Of a stretch of 50,769 nucleotides of DNA, positions 23,561-35,130 are shown piece after piece. How positions within the stretch are numbered: position 1 is the stretch's first letter; each line of letters starts with the position of its first letter. Source of the stretch: Girardia tigrina (Eukaryota); assembly GCA_001938485.1 (NCBI GenBank), contig MQRK01249966.1:1-50769 (forward strand), read 5' to 3'. The translations under genes and the position numbers were made by a program. The notes under the pieces are model-generated. The model was given only the letters and a program-made list of their open reading frames with translations, was not told where the DNA came from and did not search any database.

Positions 23561-25348
23561 CCATCAGTTTTTAGAGTTCAACGGCAACTCTGATACATAA
23601 TCTACGTCTCTCCAGGTTAATATTTCGCCAGTGGGAAACCGACGCGTCTCCTCTGCGCGCATCAACAAGTCGTGTGTGCTTCGGAGCGCCTTCGGGTTCA
23701 ACCAGTAAAAGGTATTGCCCGGCTGGTAGCAACAGCGTCTGAAGGGGTTGTGTTATTTCAGATCGAATTTTAAATGTTTCACCATGTTCGTTAAAATGAA
23801 TAAATCGGACGAAGAGAGCCCTAAGGAAATAAACGTCGGCCCGCCGCGTGCCCCTTGCATTCTGCGGCAGCCTGTGTCATCCCCAAAAGGTTCCTCGTTC
23901 TTTTGCGATTAAATTATCATTCAGAATTTACATTGATTTCGTGCTTAGTTACACTTTGACAAAATACTCTACATTCAACTTTGAGTTCTTTTTATAACTT
24001 TGTAATTTAATTTTTTATTAATTCTATTTTATTAAATTAGCACTCGTAGCCCTGAATTTTTATAATCAGAAGTGCAATCTTTTCTCTACTGTTTCCTGAT
24101 GTCAAATTTAATTAATGTGGTTCAACAATTGTTGGGAAGCACAGTGACCCTCCGACATTTCTGCTGTTTGGTGTGATAGATCAACTTTTCTCATTACCTT
24201 TTTAATCTTGAGTTCCTACACTCTTTCAAAAAAAATTTTGAAATAAACTTTTCTCTACCTCGATTTTATAACCACACATCATATTACTAAAGAGGGCCGT
24301 TTATATGTTTATATAGGTTTGTCATAGTTATTTTGACAACGACCTTTCCTCTTTTAAAATAGAATTAAAATTCGGAAGACTTTAAATCAACTCCAACACT
24401 CCGATAAGTTCGGGATCTATCCCAAGCTACCAATCTCAAAACCAATAATTTGTCGTAATTACTTACCAGAGCGAAATCAATAAAAAAATAATTAAGGGAA
24501 ATTACTAAAATTATAAATTCCAAATTTATATTAAAATCAATATGAAGGAGAAATTACGAAACTTTTTTAATTTTAATTACCAACTTTACAACAGGCAAAT
24601 TAAATTCCTCAATCATGAGTTTTAATCATAAAATAACAAAAATAAAAGAAATTTAATCTTTGAATTCATTAAATAAAATATAAAGAATTAGCTAATTAAA
24701 TTAGTCAAAGTTAATAATTTCAGATAAAATTTTGCCTTTAATTGAATCGAGTAAATAATTAAGTAAACCGTTAAATTAAATCAATTATAAGTCGTTGCTT
24801 CTAATGCCAATTAAAATATTTACATATCATAAATATTATTACAGGGGAGTTCCATACGAATATTAAACTCATCGTTGTTATTTGTATCATCATAAAATTT
24901 ATTATTATGAAACTCCAAACCATAATAAAACTTTCATGATAAAATTTCGTAAGGATTACAATAAAAGTTATAAAATAAAATTACATATTAGAATTCAACT
25001 CATCGTGTCACTATGTGAAGAAGAGTGGTAAGGAGCATTAGCCATAATCCCGAGCTTTCCTTATCACCCATACAATCTTTTATATATAGGTAAACCTTTC
25101 ATAATTTTAATTTTCATGATTCTCCCTTTACAAGCTTGTCGTCCTCTATAACCATGCTCATGTTGGCTATTACTTTGAACTTTCTCTAAAACCGATAAAC
25201 TTCTATACCCCCCACTCGGCGTCTTCACTCCTTATCTTTTCGTCGACCCACAAGATCCTCTCACTCCAGTCTTTCCTTCCCAACTGTCTCTCTCCAGTTA
25301 ATCCCCTTATTCTTGAATGGTAGCGGAATTCACGCTTATCTGCACCCC

Positions 25349-25518
25349 TTCCCGCTCGTGACACCATGAGTATTTTAAGAATTAAATAAAATAATAAGCA
25401 ATAAATAAATTAGGAGTAAAAATAAAAATGTATTAATTTACACAAATTGTAAACACCAATTATCAGATAATATTAAGGAAATTAAAATTCATAAATAAAC
25501 AAACAAAGTAGTAACTCA
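25349..25518 (-). mobile_element. Short LTR (25367-25518) with adjacent primer-binding site
   Basis: Termini TGAGT...ACTCA, followed immediately by TGGTGTCACGAGCGGGAA (tRNA-Leu-like PBS). Confidence 0.6.
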
Positions 25519-25971
25519 TCCATACCTTTGACTAAAATATTTCGATCTCTCAAAAGAACTGTCGTATTGATAAAACAATGAATCGCCAAAACAAAATCGT
25601 TGAATCGGTAAAATCAGTTGAGACGAATTAAACCAGTAAAATCGGTACAATATCGTGCAAAATAAATAATAAAGTTAGTGAAGTCTGTGCAAATTTGTGT
25701 GTGAATAATGATAATAATAAGTGAGTGTTTACAGTGTTCAAAGTGTTCAGATGTTCAAGTGTTCAAGTGTAATGGATTACAGCCGCTTATCAAATATGAA
25801 TTTCCTCAAAAGTGTTCATCGTAAGCTTTTTTTCTTATTTTTTTAATTTTTTTCAAGAGTAACCTGTATGGGTAAAGATGAAAAAGATAATAATCCTATT
25901 TTTTTTAAAAGATCAAAGTCAACAACAACCAACTCCACACAGAGTAATCTTATAGAAAGGAATAGTCAAAA

Positions 25972-27148
25972 ATGTTAGGTCGAGATAACATATATGAAAA
26001 TAGAGCCCTCACGGACAATCTTGCATTCCCAAATGACATTAAAGTGTCGGATTTAGAAATCGAGATACATTTACGGGTTTTAACCCAGATGGATCCAGTA
26101 AGACTACGCGAAATATTTTCAAAGGAATGGTTAGGAGAATTGGAATTACATATTGTTAGTCATAGGGTGGAAGTTTCAACAAATTCCCAGAGATTTTTAG
26201 CCGATCAAACAATAACATCTCGGGTCACAGAAAACGAAATAAATGTGTTAGAGCGACGCACGAGTTGGAAATTGAACGAAGAACAATTAAATTTTTATGT
26301 GCGAGCCTACAATGCTCCTGCTTTAGTGGCCATCGAGTATAGAAAATCACCGGAAAACCCACATTATAACCCAAAATTTAGGGTTCATAAAGAAGAACTG
26401 GAAGATGCATTATATGAGCCAACAAAGGAGGACTTTAGTCATAGAAAAAGTTTTATAGGGAAACCTTTGTCAAAGAAGGAAATACAAAAAAAATTAATAT
26501 TTTTGATGCTAAATTCACAACGAACAAATCGATAAAGCAATAGGTTTTGTGTCCATTGCAATCATAAATATCAAGGGTGAGGAACTGATCAATGTATTCA
26601 CCACGCCCAGACAGAAAATAATATGCACAGGAGAAAGACATCACGGCATTACAGAGCCGATGATGAGAAAACAGAGGGACGAGTATGAAGTTATCGAAAA
26701 GGTCCAGCAACTGTGTTACGGAAAAATTCTAATGGGGCATGACCTCCAACTAGAATTAAAAGCATTAAATATAAATAAAAAAGAATTATTAGAAATTAGG
26801 GATTTGTCTGCGACGAGAACATTATATGAAATTGGTCAAAAATCCAAAGCAGGTGGTATACTCTTCAAGCGTCAAACATTAGCAAGGAATATCCTTAAGA
26901 GAAACATTCAAATTCCGGGATGCCACAACGCGTTGGAGGATGCCATAGCGATCAAGGATAGAGACAATGCAATCGAGCCAAATTATATCGATCACAAGAT
27001 TTGGGAATCCATGGAAGTAGATAGCCAAAAAAGGAAAACAGTTCTGGATTGTAGAATTATGATCAATGAAAAAAAGAGAAAAAGAAATCTTGAAGAAGAG
27101 TTAAAAATCTTGGATACAAATGATATAAAACATTTTTCTCTTCCTTAA
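25972..27148 (+). pseudogene. Unknown N-terminal domain plus REX4/ISG20-like DEDDh 3'-5' exonuclease (frameshifted)
   Basis: ExoI-like IFDAKF (~26490-26515, shifted frame), HHGIT, GKILMGHDLQLELKAL, IRDLS, LARNILKRNIQ and ExoIII HNALEDA (H-x4-D). Confidence 0.75.
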
Positions 27149-27296
27149 TTTGAAATGGATAAGCTTCAGCACATTCTACGACATCCATTAATGAATATAT
27201 TTTGCCCACTTCTGTTTGTGAACAATCATACGCTACTAAAGACATCGCTGGAGATATACTTAAGAATCAAATCATCATTAATGATAACTACCACAT
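27100..27296 (-). pseudogene. N-terminus of a chuvirus-like envelope glycoprotein (env)
   Basis: Hydrophobic leader MW*LSLMMI*FLSISPAMS, then LVAYDCSQTEVGKIYSLMDVVEC, matching the YDC-x-SLxDVxEC start of chuviral-type glycoproteins; truncated. Confidence 0.55.
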
Positions 27297-27299
27297 TTT

Positions 27300-29760
27300 T
27301 GAATTATTTTTAGATTTTTTACCATCATCAATTTTGTTATCTTTCAAGGATTCATTTCTTATTACTTTAGTACGAACGTTTTTACTTCTTTTTGATACAC
27401 TTTTACTTATTAAATTAACATTTATATCTACATCGGGAGTATTTTGATACTGAAACATATTTTCTTCCTTTTTTATTTCAACTTTTTGTAAATCATCAGT
27501 AAATTTGTTACAATCATTAATATCGTAAATTCTTCAATATAATAAACTGTTATATTATTAATTTCTTTTTCCAGAGATACATAATCATATAAATAATTTT
27601 CATCTTGTAATTCTAAATCCAAAATAAATAAAAGTACTGTTCCTTCAATTTTAAACATTTCTTTGACTTTTTGTCTTAAAGTTTTTACTTTAATTGTCCA
27701 AACTACAGCAGTATTAATTGTACCTTTTCCTGGAACTTCTATTGCTAGAAATAACTTTTGAATATCTTTATTTTTCTGTCTACTATATTGACCAAATTTT
27801 ATCAAAATTTCTTGTATTTCTTTTTTCGACATCGTTTCTTGTTTTAATTTATATATTAATACCGATCTAAGATTATTTATTACACTATCATTAATGTTTA
27901 ACGTTTCTATTTCTTTAATTATATTCTTTAACTTTTCTTCATTAACTTCATTTTTTAATAGTGTGAGGAATATTTTAAATTGTTTGAATGTGTAAATGTA
28001 TGGATGATGTATGTTGATTTAAGTATGTTGAATTTAGAATGGTGATTCTCCCACCAAGATGGAAATTGGTATTTTTTATTAAGTTTAAAGTGATTGACTA
28101 TTCGAACATGATTAAAATAATCATTTTATGAGTTCATATTTTTTTAATTTAAGAATTAAAATTAAGTTTAATATTTTTTAGTAAAATTTAAATTAAATGC
28201 ATTTTTAATAATTTCATGTCATTTTTATTATTTTGGGATTTATTGAAAAATGGTAAAAATTAATATTTTTAATTAATATTTTTTAGAGGTTAAATAATTT
28301 AAAAAATAATTTAAAAAAACTGTTCGAATAATCATGATTAAAAACAGAAATAAGAAAACCAACTAGAACTATGGCAAACGATGAAAGACCTTCTGAGAGT
28401 CTTAATGACTCTAAATGTAATTGCAATGAAGATTTAAACGAGACTTGTTTAAATGTTCTTAATAAATAGTAATGCCAAATCTTTAATATAATTTTCAGAT
28501 ATATTCATTTTATTATCATTATTTTCTAACATTATAATATCAAGTGTTAATGTTATTTGGTAATATTCCATAATCCACATAAATAGTATTCTAATTCTAA
28601 TTCAAAACATTTGAAATTCATAATAAATTTATCATTTCCAATCTTTTGCACAAGCATTTCCTTCAAATGTTTAACTTTCTGAAGATGATTTATTTGAATT
28701 ACTGTAAATTCTTGTCAATTAAGAGTTATAAAAATCTGAAGATTATCTGTCATAGGCATTTTTCTCAATTGTTCTCCTAAAAATTTCAAAAATGTTTTCA
28801 TTTCACAATTCATCGTTGTATTATAATCTAAATAATTCACTACCAACTTTATAAAATGTTCAGTTTTATCATTTGGTAAATTCAATTCAATTATTTCTTT
28901 AATATTTTTACTTATTTTACCATTTAAATCTTTATTCATTTCCATTTTGTTTATTAATCTACTCATATATATTCTCGATTTATCTAACTTAACATCATCA
29001 ATTTTATCAGAAACACTTTGAACTTTACTTTCAATTTTACTATTATTTTCATTTTGTTTCAATTTATTTTTATTTTTATCTTTCGATGTTGATAGCATCT
29101 GTACACTTGGATCAGTTTTATTAAGTTTTTTTAATTTTCTTCTTCAAAATTGATGGTGATGGTATTTGTATATTTGATTTACATTATCTGGCAACATGAC
29201 CATATTTTTTATATTTTTCACACTGTATTTGACCTTCACTGTTAAGTTTTGCTCTCTGTGGAGAAGGAGTTAAAGATCTATTTCTAGTCATATCTGTTCT
29301 ACATACATTGGCTAGATGAACTCTTTTCACACATTTGTAACATGTTTTAATAGGTGATTTTCGATTATTATTTGTATTATTCTTGAACCAACATTGACTG
29401 CTGACATGACCAATTTTGTTACAGTTATAACATTGAGGTTTTCTTGTATAATTATTTGACTCTATACTGTCGTTAAATCTCATTGATCTTGAAAAATTCG
29501 GACTTCTCAAATAATTTGGGCTTTCATTATTGTTATTTCTACAACCAAAATATTGATTTTGTCTTGGATTTTAATTTTGGGGTCTGTATCTTTGCATTTT
29601 TGGAGATGCATAAATTTGAAAATCTTCATCTGTATCATTGTTGTTTGAATATGTCTTCTGTTTAGGTCTTTCTATCGGTTTTAATTCAGTTACATATACT
29701 GGTCTGTAGTGATCACAATTTATTAATTTAATAATTATTAATTTAATTTTAACAATCAAA
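27300..29760 (-). pseudogene. Degraded retroelement Gag-like polyprotein: 3 CCHC knuckles, coiled-coil region and ubiquitin-like domain
   Basis: CYNCNKIGHVSSQC, CYKCVKRVHLANVC and CEKYKKYGHVAR*C; K/N/E-rich helical region at 28715-29098; UBL-like 27473-27832; frame restored across the solo-LTR insertion (YIKDLALL|LKNEVNEE). Confidence 0.7.
27962..28464 (+). mobile_element. Solo LTR, TGTGAGGAA...TTCTTAATA family
   Basis: Perfect 5-bp TSD AATAG; near-identical to 3236-3712. Confidence 0.88.
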
Positions 29761-29976
29761 ATTTAATAACAAAAAAATGTGTAAAAATGCGAAATTTAAT
29801 TTAAAAAAAACAATGGAGTGAATTGACAACATTAGAACAGAAAAAAGTATCGAAAAAAAAACTTAAAAAAATTAACACTATAATTATGTTGTTTGAATAA
29901 TTTCAATTTGGTCGTTACTTTCAAAAAAAATATATATCTTTTGTGATTGTAAATAAAATCTTTGTACAGATTTAAA

Positions 29977-30440
29977 ATGTTTTTCTATTTTGACCAATTT
30001 TCTCAACAAATCCGTTATCGAATTTAATGAAATTTAATTGAAATTTCTGAGTGAAATTCGAACGATTGGTCATGACCATCTACAAAGAACTGACAATCGA
30101 CGATATTATCGAATGTTTCACTGATCCCTCGAACAAAATCGACAGTCAATTGTTGAATATTTTCTTGTACACCTATCGGAATTATTCGCCTGTAATCAAC
30201 TTTTTTGACTCGAAAATGCATTCGATTCCCGAACCCGATCAAACTTTCCAATCGTCAAATTTCAGCAACGATCACACCAACTCGACCAATGAGAACAGCG
30301 TCAGTTTACTCAACCAGTCGCCCGTGGCCGACTTCAATTTGTCTCATTTGGATCAATCGGCGGCCAACAACAACGGTAACAACCTCACCAATCATATCAA
30401 CGGCACTAACGGCAACTCGATCGCCCTCAAGTCAAATTGA
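29977..30440 (+). pseudogene. RasGEF N-terminal (REM) domain fragment, RalGDS/RGL-like
   Basis: KFERLVMTIYKELTIDDIIECFTDPSNKIDSQLLNIFLYTYRNYSP matches the REM pattern (T.d.lie.l...D...l.iFL.TYR.f). Possible 38-nt intron at 30014-30051; CpG-rich like host exons; no downstream CDC25-domain exons found. Confidence 0.55.
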
Positions 30441-30559
30441 CTTCGTTCCGGAGCTGTCGGGCAAGATGGCGGCCCCCACTATATCCCAACGCCATCCGAA
30501 ACCGGTAGGCTATTATTTTTTTTAGCAGTTTCTCTCGATCCAATTCCCAGGATCGATTT

Positions 30560-31408
30560 ACATAGACGAAGTGGCGCCCACTCTTCATGGTCGAATAGGA
30601 GCTGCAGTAGTATTCATTTCTATTTTCATAGCCTTTTTACCAGATCATCGTATTTTGTATAGTCTGCAAAACAAAGTGCTGTTCTTATGTCATTTTGAAC
30701 TCCAGCCCAAAACTGATCTTCAACTATATTTTTTGTTTGTTCTGTCCAATTTCTCTTTTCTCCAAACGCTTTTTCCGCAAGTGTAGATAAATGAAAAGCG
30801 AATTCACCAACTGATTCCTCCGCATTTTTAATTAGAGAATAAAACTTTTCCGTATGATTCTACCAAAATCGCCAATTATTAATTTTTCAGCCATTAAATC
30901 TTTCATATTTTCTGAAGTTTCAACTCCATTTTTATCAATTTGATTAAAAACTTCTCTAGCTACACCTTTTCAATATAACGCTAATCTTTGAATCATTATT
31001 TTTTCGGCTCATCCATACGCTGTAGCCAACATAAAATATTCTGTCATAAAATCTACAAATTCCACGGGGTCTGCCCCATATTGATTTACAGGTAACTTTT
31101 GACAATTCGCAAAATATATATTATTCTCTCTATTTTCTGTCATCGTTTCTTTTTTAACTTTTTCCGATTTCTCAAAGGATAATTAGACGTTTTGTTACTT
31201 TTTTCGAAATTTCAATTATTAAAAATATACTCTTTTTGTTTTAAGAACAGAGGGCTCACCAAATATATTTATGTTGGGTATTAAAATCTTTAATCTGAAA
31301 TATTTACTTTTGAGAAACACAAATCTTTAATCCTTAATCTTTACTTTTTAAACTTTAATTGCAAATCTGACTCCAATTAATCAGTAATTACTTCCAACAT
31401 AAATATAT
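30560..31408 (-). mobile_element. Gypsy 5' end: LTR/inverted repeat, PBS and degraded gag
   Basis: PBS-like TGGTGAGCCC (31261-31252); gag FVDFMTEYFMLATAYG*AEKIMIQRLALY*KGVAREVF from ATG 31143; LTR boundary ambiguous (31408 or 32519). Confidence 0.65.
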
Positions 31409-31455
31409 AAATGAATGAACGCAAATTCTTTTATAAAACTTTATTTTTATAACAC

Positions 31456-32009
31456 TGTGAGGAATATTTTAAATTTGGTATGTTGAAATTGGTTTGTTGA
31501 ATTTTGTATGTTGAGTTTAGTATTTGGAAATGTGTTTCTCCCACACAGATGGAAAATTGATATTTTAGATGTTCACGATAAATAATTATTCGAGTATAAT
31601 CCATATAATTTAAATTTTAATTTATATTTTAAAGTACAACATAAGATATTTAAAAACATTAAAAATATTAAATCTTTTCAAATCTTCATATTAAAATTTA
31701 AATAAAATAAANNNNNNNNNNNNNNNNNNNNNNNNNNNNNNNNNNNNNNNNNNNNNNNNNNNNNNNNNNNNNNNNNNNNNNNNNNNNNNNNNNNNNNNNN
31801 NNNNNNNNNNNNNNNNNNNNNNNNNNNNNNNNNNNNNNNNNNNNNNNNNNNNNNNNNNNNNNNNNNNNNNNNNNNNNNNNNNNNNNNNNNNNNNNNNNAT
31901 CAATTTAGAACGATGTCGAATGACGAGAGTTTCGCTGAGAGTTGTCCAAAAGACAATTCTGATTGTAATGAAAATAAAAGTTTGAAAAGCCATGTTGGTG
32001 TTCTTAATA
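31456..32009 (+). mobile_element. Solo LTR, TGTGAGGAA...TTCTTAATA family (contains an N gap)
   Basis: Perfect 5-bp TSD AACAC. Confidence 0.85.
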
Positions 32010-32648
32010 AACACAATATAGCACGCAGCTTTATATTGTTCAAATCAATAGTATCAATTAACGTATTCACAAACGGATAATCGATGAGAGTTTATCAGAT
32101 CACAGTTTATTAATATCGAAACTATAAATCCTCTAAAGAACGATAACCGTTAGACTCTCAAAATCAAATGAACTCTTATTCTCCTATACAGGATACTGAG
32201 TTCAACTTCAACTTCAGGATAAAAAAAATAAAAAGGAAAGAATTTAAATGAATTTACTCTACACGGAATCTTCTTTTAAAGTTTATTGTAAGAAATTATT
32301 GGTGTGATTTTGACTGAATTCGTTGCTGTTTATATATTAGCTTTTTCTAACCTTGAAAATTAAATAGCTAAAACAAATCTCAAAATATTTATAATTATTC
32401 TACAAATTTTATTAAAATAATGTAAATTGAAAATTAATGATTTTTTTTAAATTTTCAATTATTTTTTTGCAAGAATTTTTCTGATTAAAAATTTTAAATA
32501 ATATTTTCGAACCCCAACATATTTTAATTCCAACACAAATAATCAAATATTAAACAACAACAATAATTGAATATTTAAATAACATTTAATTATCCAACTG
32601 TAGTAAAATAATATAAATTTAACATTGTACAGTAATTATTTGTAGTTA

Positions 32649-33612
32649 CAGTAGGGGCGCATTATTATAACCACCTGATATTTTCATGTTTTTAGGTTTT
32701 CTCATTATTTATAAGGTTATTAGCAAATGCAGTCATAGTTTTGATACTTTCTGTGTTTGTTTTATTACCTCATCAGAAAATGTGATAACTTTTAAACCTT
32801 ATACTGAAAAATTACCACAATTCTATTAGAAAATGATCAAAATATAAGAAAATCAAAAATTTAAGAAATACATGTTTTATTCTAGAATGCAACATTTAAA
32901 TACCTACATACCTGATTACAAATTTTTTTTATTGTTCCTAGAATAAGTAAATTGAGTTCAATTAATGATAAATTAAACAATTTATTATTTTGTTTGTCCT
33001 CCTTTAGCGTTTACTACTGCCTGGTATGCTATTAATAGAGTTTTGAAGCTTCTGCTGAAATTTATCATCACGAAACCAATTGCGGAGGACGCTCGAAATA
33101 AGTTGATCCTTTGTTGTATGAGTAATTTGAGTGATTTTCTCCTTCATATGTTTTCTATGGGGTTTAAGTCAGGAGAATTACCAGGCCAAGGAAGGACATT
33201 GATATGTTTGGTCTCCAAAAATTGAGTCACCACCCTAGCCTTGTGGCATGGAGCTGAATCATGCATGAAAACACTGAGGACAGATCATAGTGTTTACCCA
33301 TGACTATGAATGATGTCTTTGTATTCAACAGGATACTAAAAAATAATCTGTAAGAATAAATTGTCAGATTACTGAAATTGTCTATTACTGTCAAATAATT
33401 AATTTATTTTCCTGCATGACAGCAACAGATCATTTTTAATTGTAATAAATAATTTTTGTATTATGAAAATGATACAGACCATATTTTAAAAGATAAATGT
33501 TTGATTTAGAATAAAATGATTTACTTGAAAAAATCAAAACATGAGAAAATACGGAGGTTACAATAAAAAAGCATGAAAATATCAGGTTGTTATAATAATG
33601 TATCCCCTATTG
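32649..33612 (-). mobile_element. Internally deleted Tc1-like DD34E element
   Basis: ~40-bp TIRs CA(G/A)TAGGGG..CATTATTATAAC.ACCTGATATTTTCATG with TA TSD; retains MHDSAPCH...WPGNSPDLNPIE. Confidence 0.9.
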
Positions 33613-34947
33613 TAAATTATGTAGATTTTAAAATTTATTGAAATATAATTCTGTAAATTGTTGCAATTTAAAAGGAAAAGAAATAATAATTTCAATTCGT
33701 AAAAATAACCATTTTAATAAATAACATCAATATTTGTAATTCAGTATATATTGTAAATAAATATTTTCAGTAATCGAAACAGAGCAATTTGAGTGTTGAT
33801 CCTAAAAATATTGAGAATCCTGCCCATTGTAAAAAGAATTGAATTGTACAATTTTGTAATAAAAATTATAATAAATATAAACAAGAATTATCAGTTGTTA
33901 TTGTTCATTACAGTCAAATATTGAATCTTATTGAGATCAAGTCTTGATAAGGTTTGTCACGAACGAAACTCAAACTATTTTCGTCAAAGTCAAATCAGTA
34001 AACTTTAATTGGGAACCGAGACTTGGAACTTCTGTTGGAAGAATCCTTTGATTTGAAGTCAGATGTTTATTATATAAAAACAAAAGAAAAAAGAAGTGAT
34101 ACCCAACAAAGTTACAAATTTCAATTAATTTTATACTATTTTGAGGAAAGAACATCTACTCCCGTCAATAAGTATAGGAAATATAGATTAAACTCCGATA
34201 AACTTCTAAATGCTTGGTAAACGATCAATTGATTCTAACGGTCTGAAAATTGTATTATTTTGAAGTAAAGGTAATGAAAAAACAAGATTTACAATTTTTC
34301 CTGTTGTGTCTAGCAACTGGAACAAAGTTGAAACAATTGATCATCTTTAGGCGTAAAAAAACCAAAAATAAAATTACCTTTTTGTGTTTTTGTCCAATCT
34401 CATAATAAAAAAAATGAATGAATGAAAATTGTTACATTGTGGATAAATAATGTATGAAAAAATCGACTAGAAGATAGGCTATACAGATATAATTGATTGA
34501 CTTGGAATATTTTTTGAAGTCACATAGGTAATAGTGGTAAAATTCTGTTATGAGAAAATAAAACTAATATAACAGTTATCGGAATGTCATCATTTTATCG
34601 GACTGAATAAAAATAATTATATTTCGAGTTACGCTTGTATTAATGGAGAAAATGTTCCTTTGAAAAGTATGAATCCAGTTTAAAAAAAATTATTTGTCAT
34701 TTTAATACAGTAAAACATTCATCTAAATTCTATTAATAATTTTCTGCATTTCAATATGTATAAAAATTAATTTTCTTTCGGCCAAACTCGTTTACATTGA
34801 ATACATAAAAATAACTGAATTTTTAAACATACACAAATACACCATTTATATTTATATTTAAACTAAATTTTACATTTTGGTAATATATGTATACATAATT
34901 ACGAAATTTTAATATACACTATCTTCGAAACTAAAATTAAATATATA

Positions 34948-35130
34948 CCGTGCTTCTCCAAATATAAGACATCCACCTGTATAAGACCTAGTCCAAAATT
35001 TAAAGAATCTAATTTCTTGAAATTTCAAAACTCTAAGATTTCTAATTTCGAAAATATGCTACTATAAGACCTACTGGTTATTTTTAGATCAAAATTAATA
35101 TAAGACAGTGTCATATTTGGAGAAACACGG
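34948..35130. mobile_element. pogo/Tc2-type MITE
   Basis: TIRs CCGTG(C/T)TTCTCCAAATAT, internal ATAAGAC repeats, TA TSD. Confidence 0.85.
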
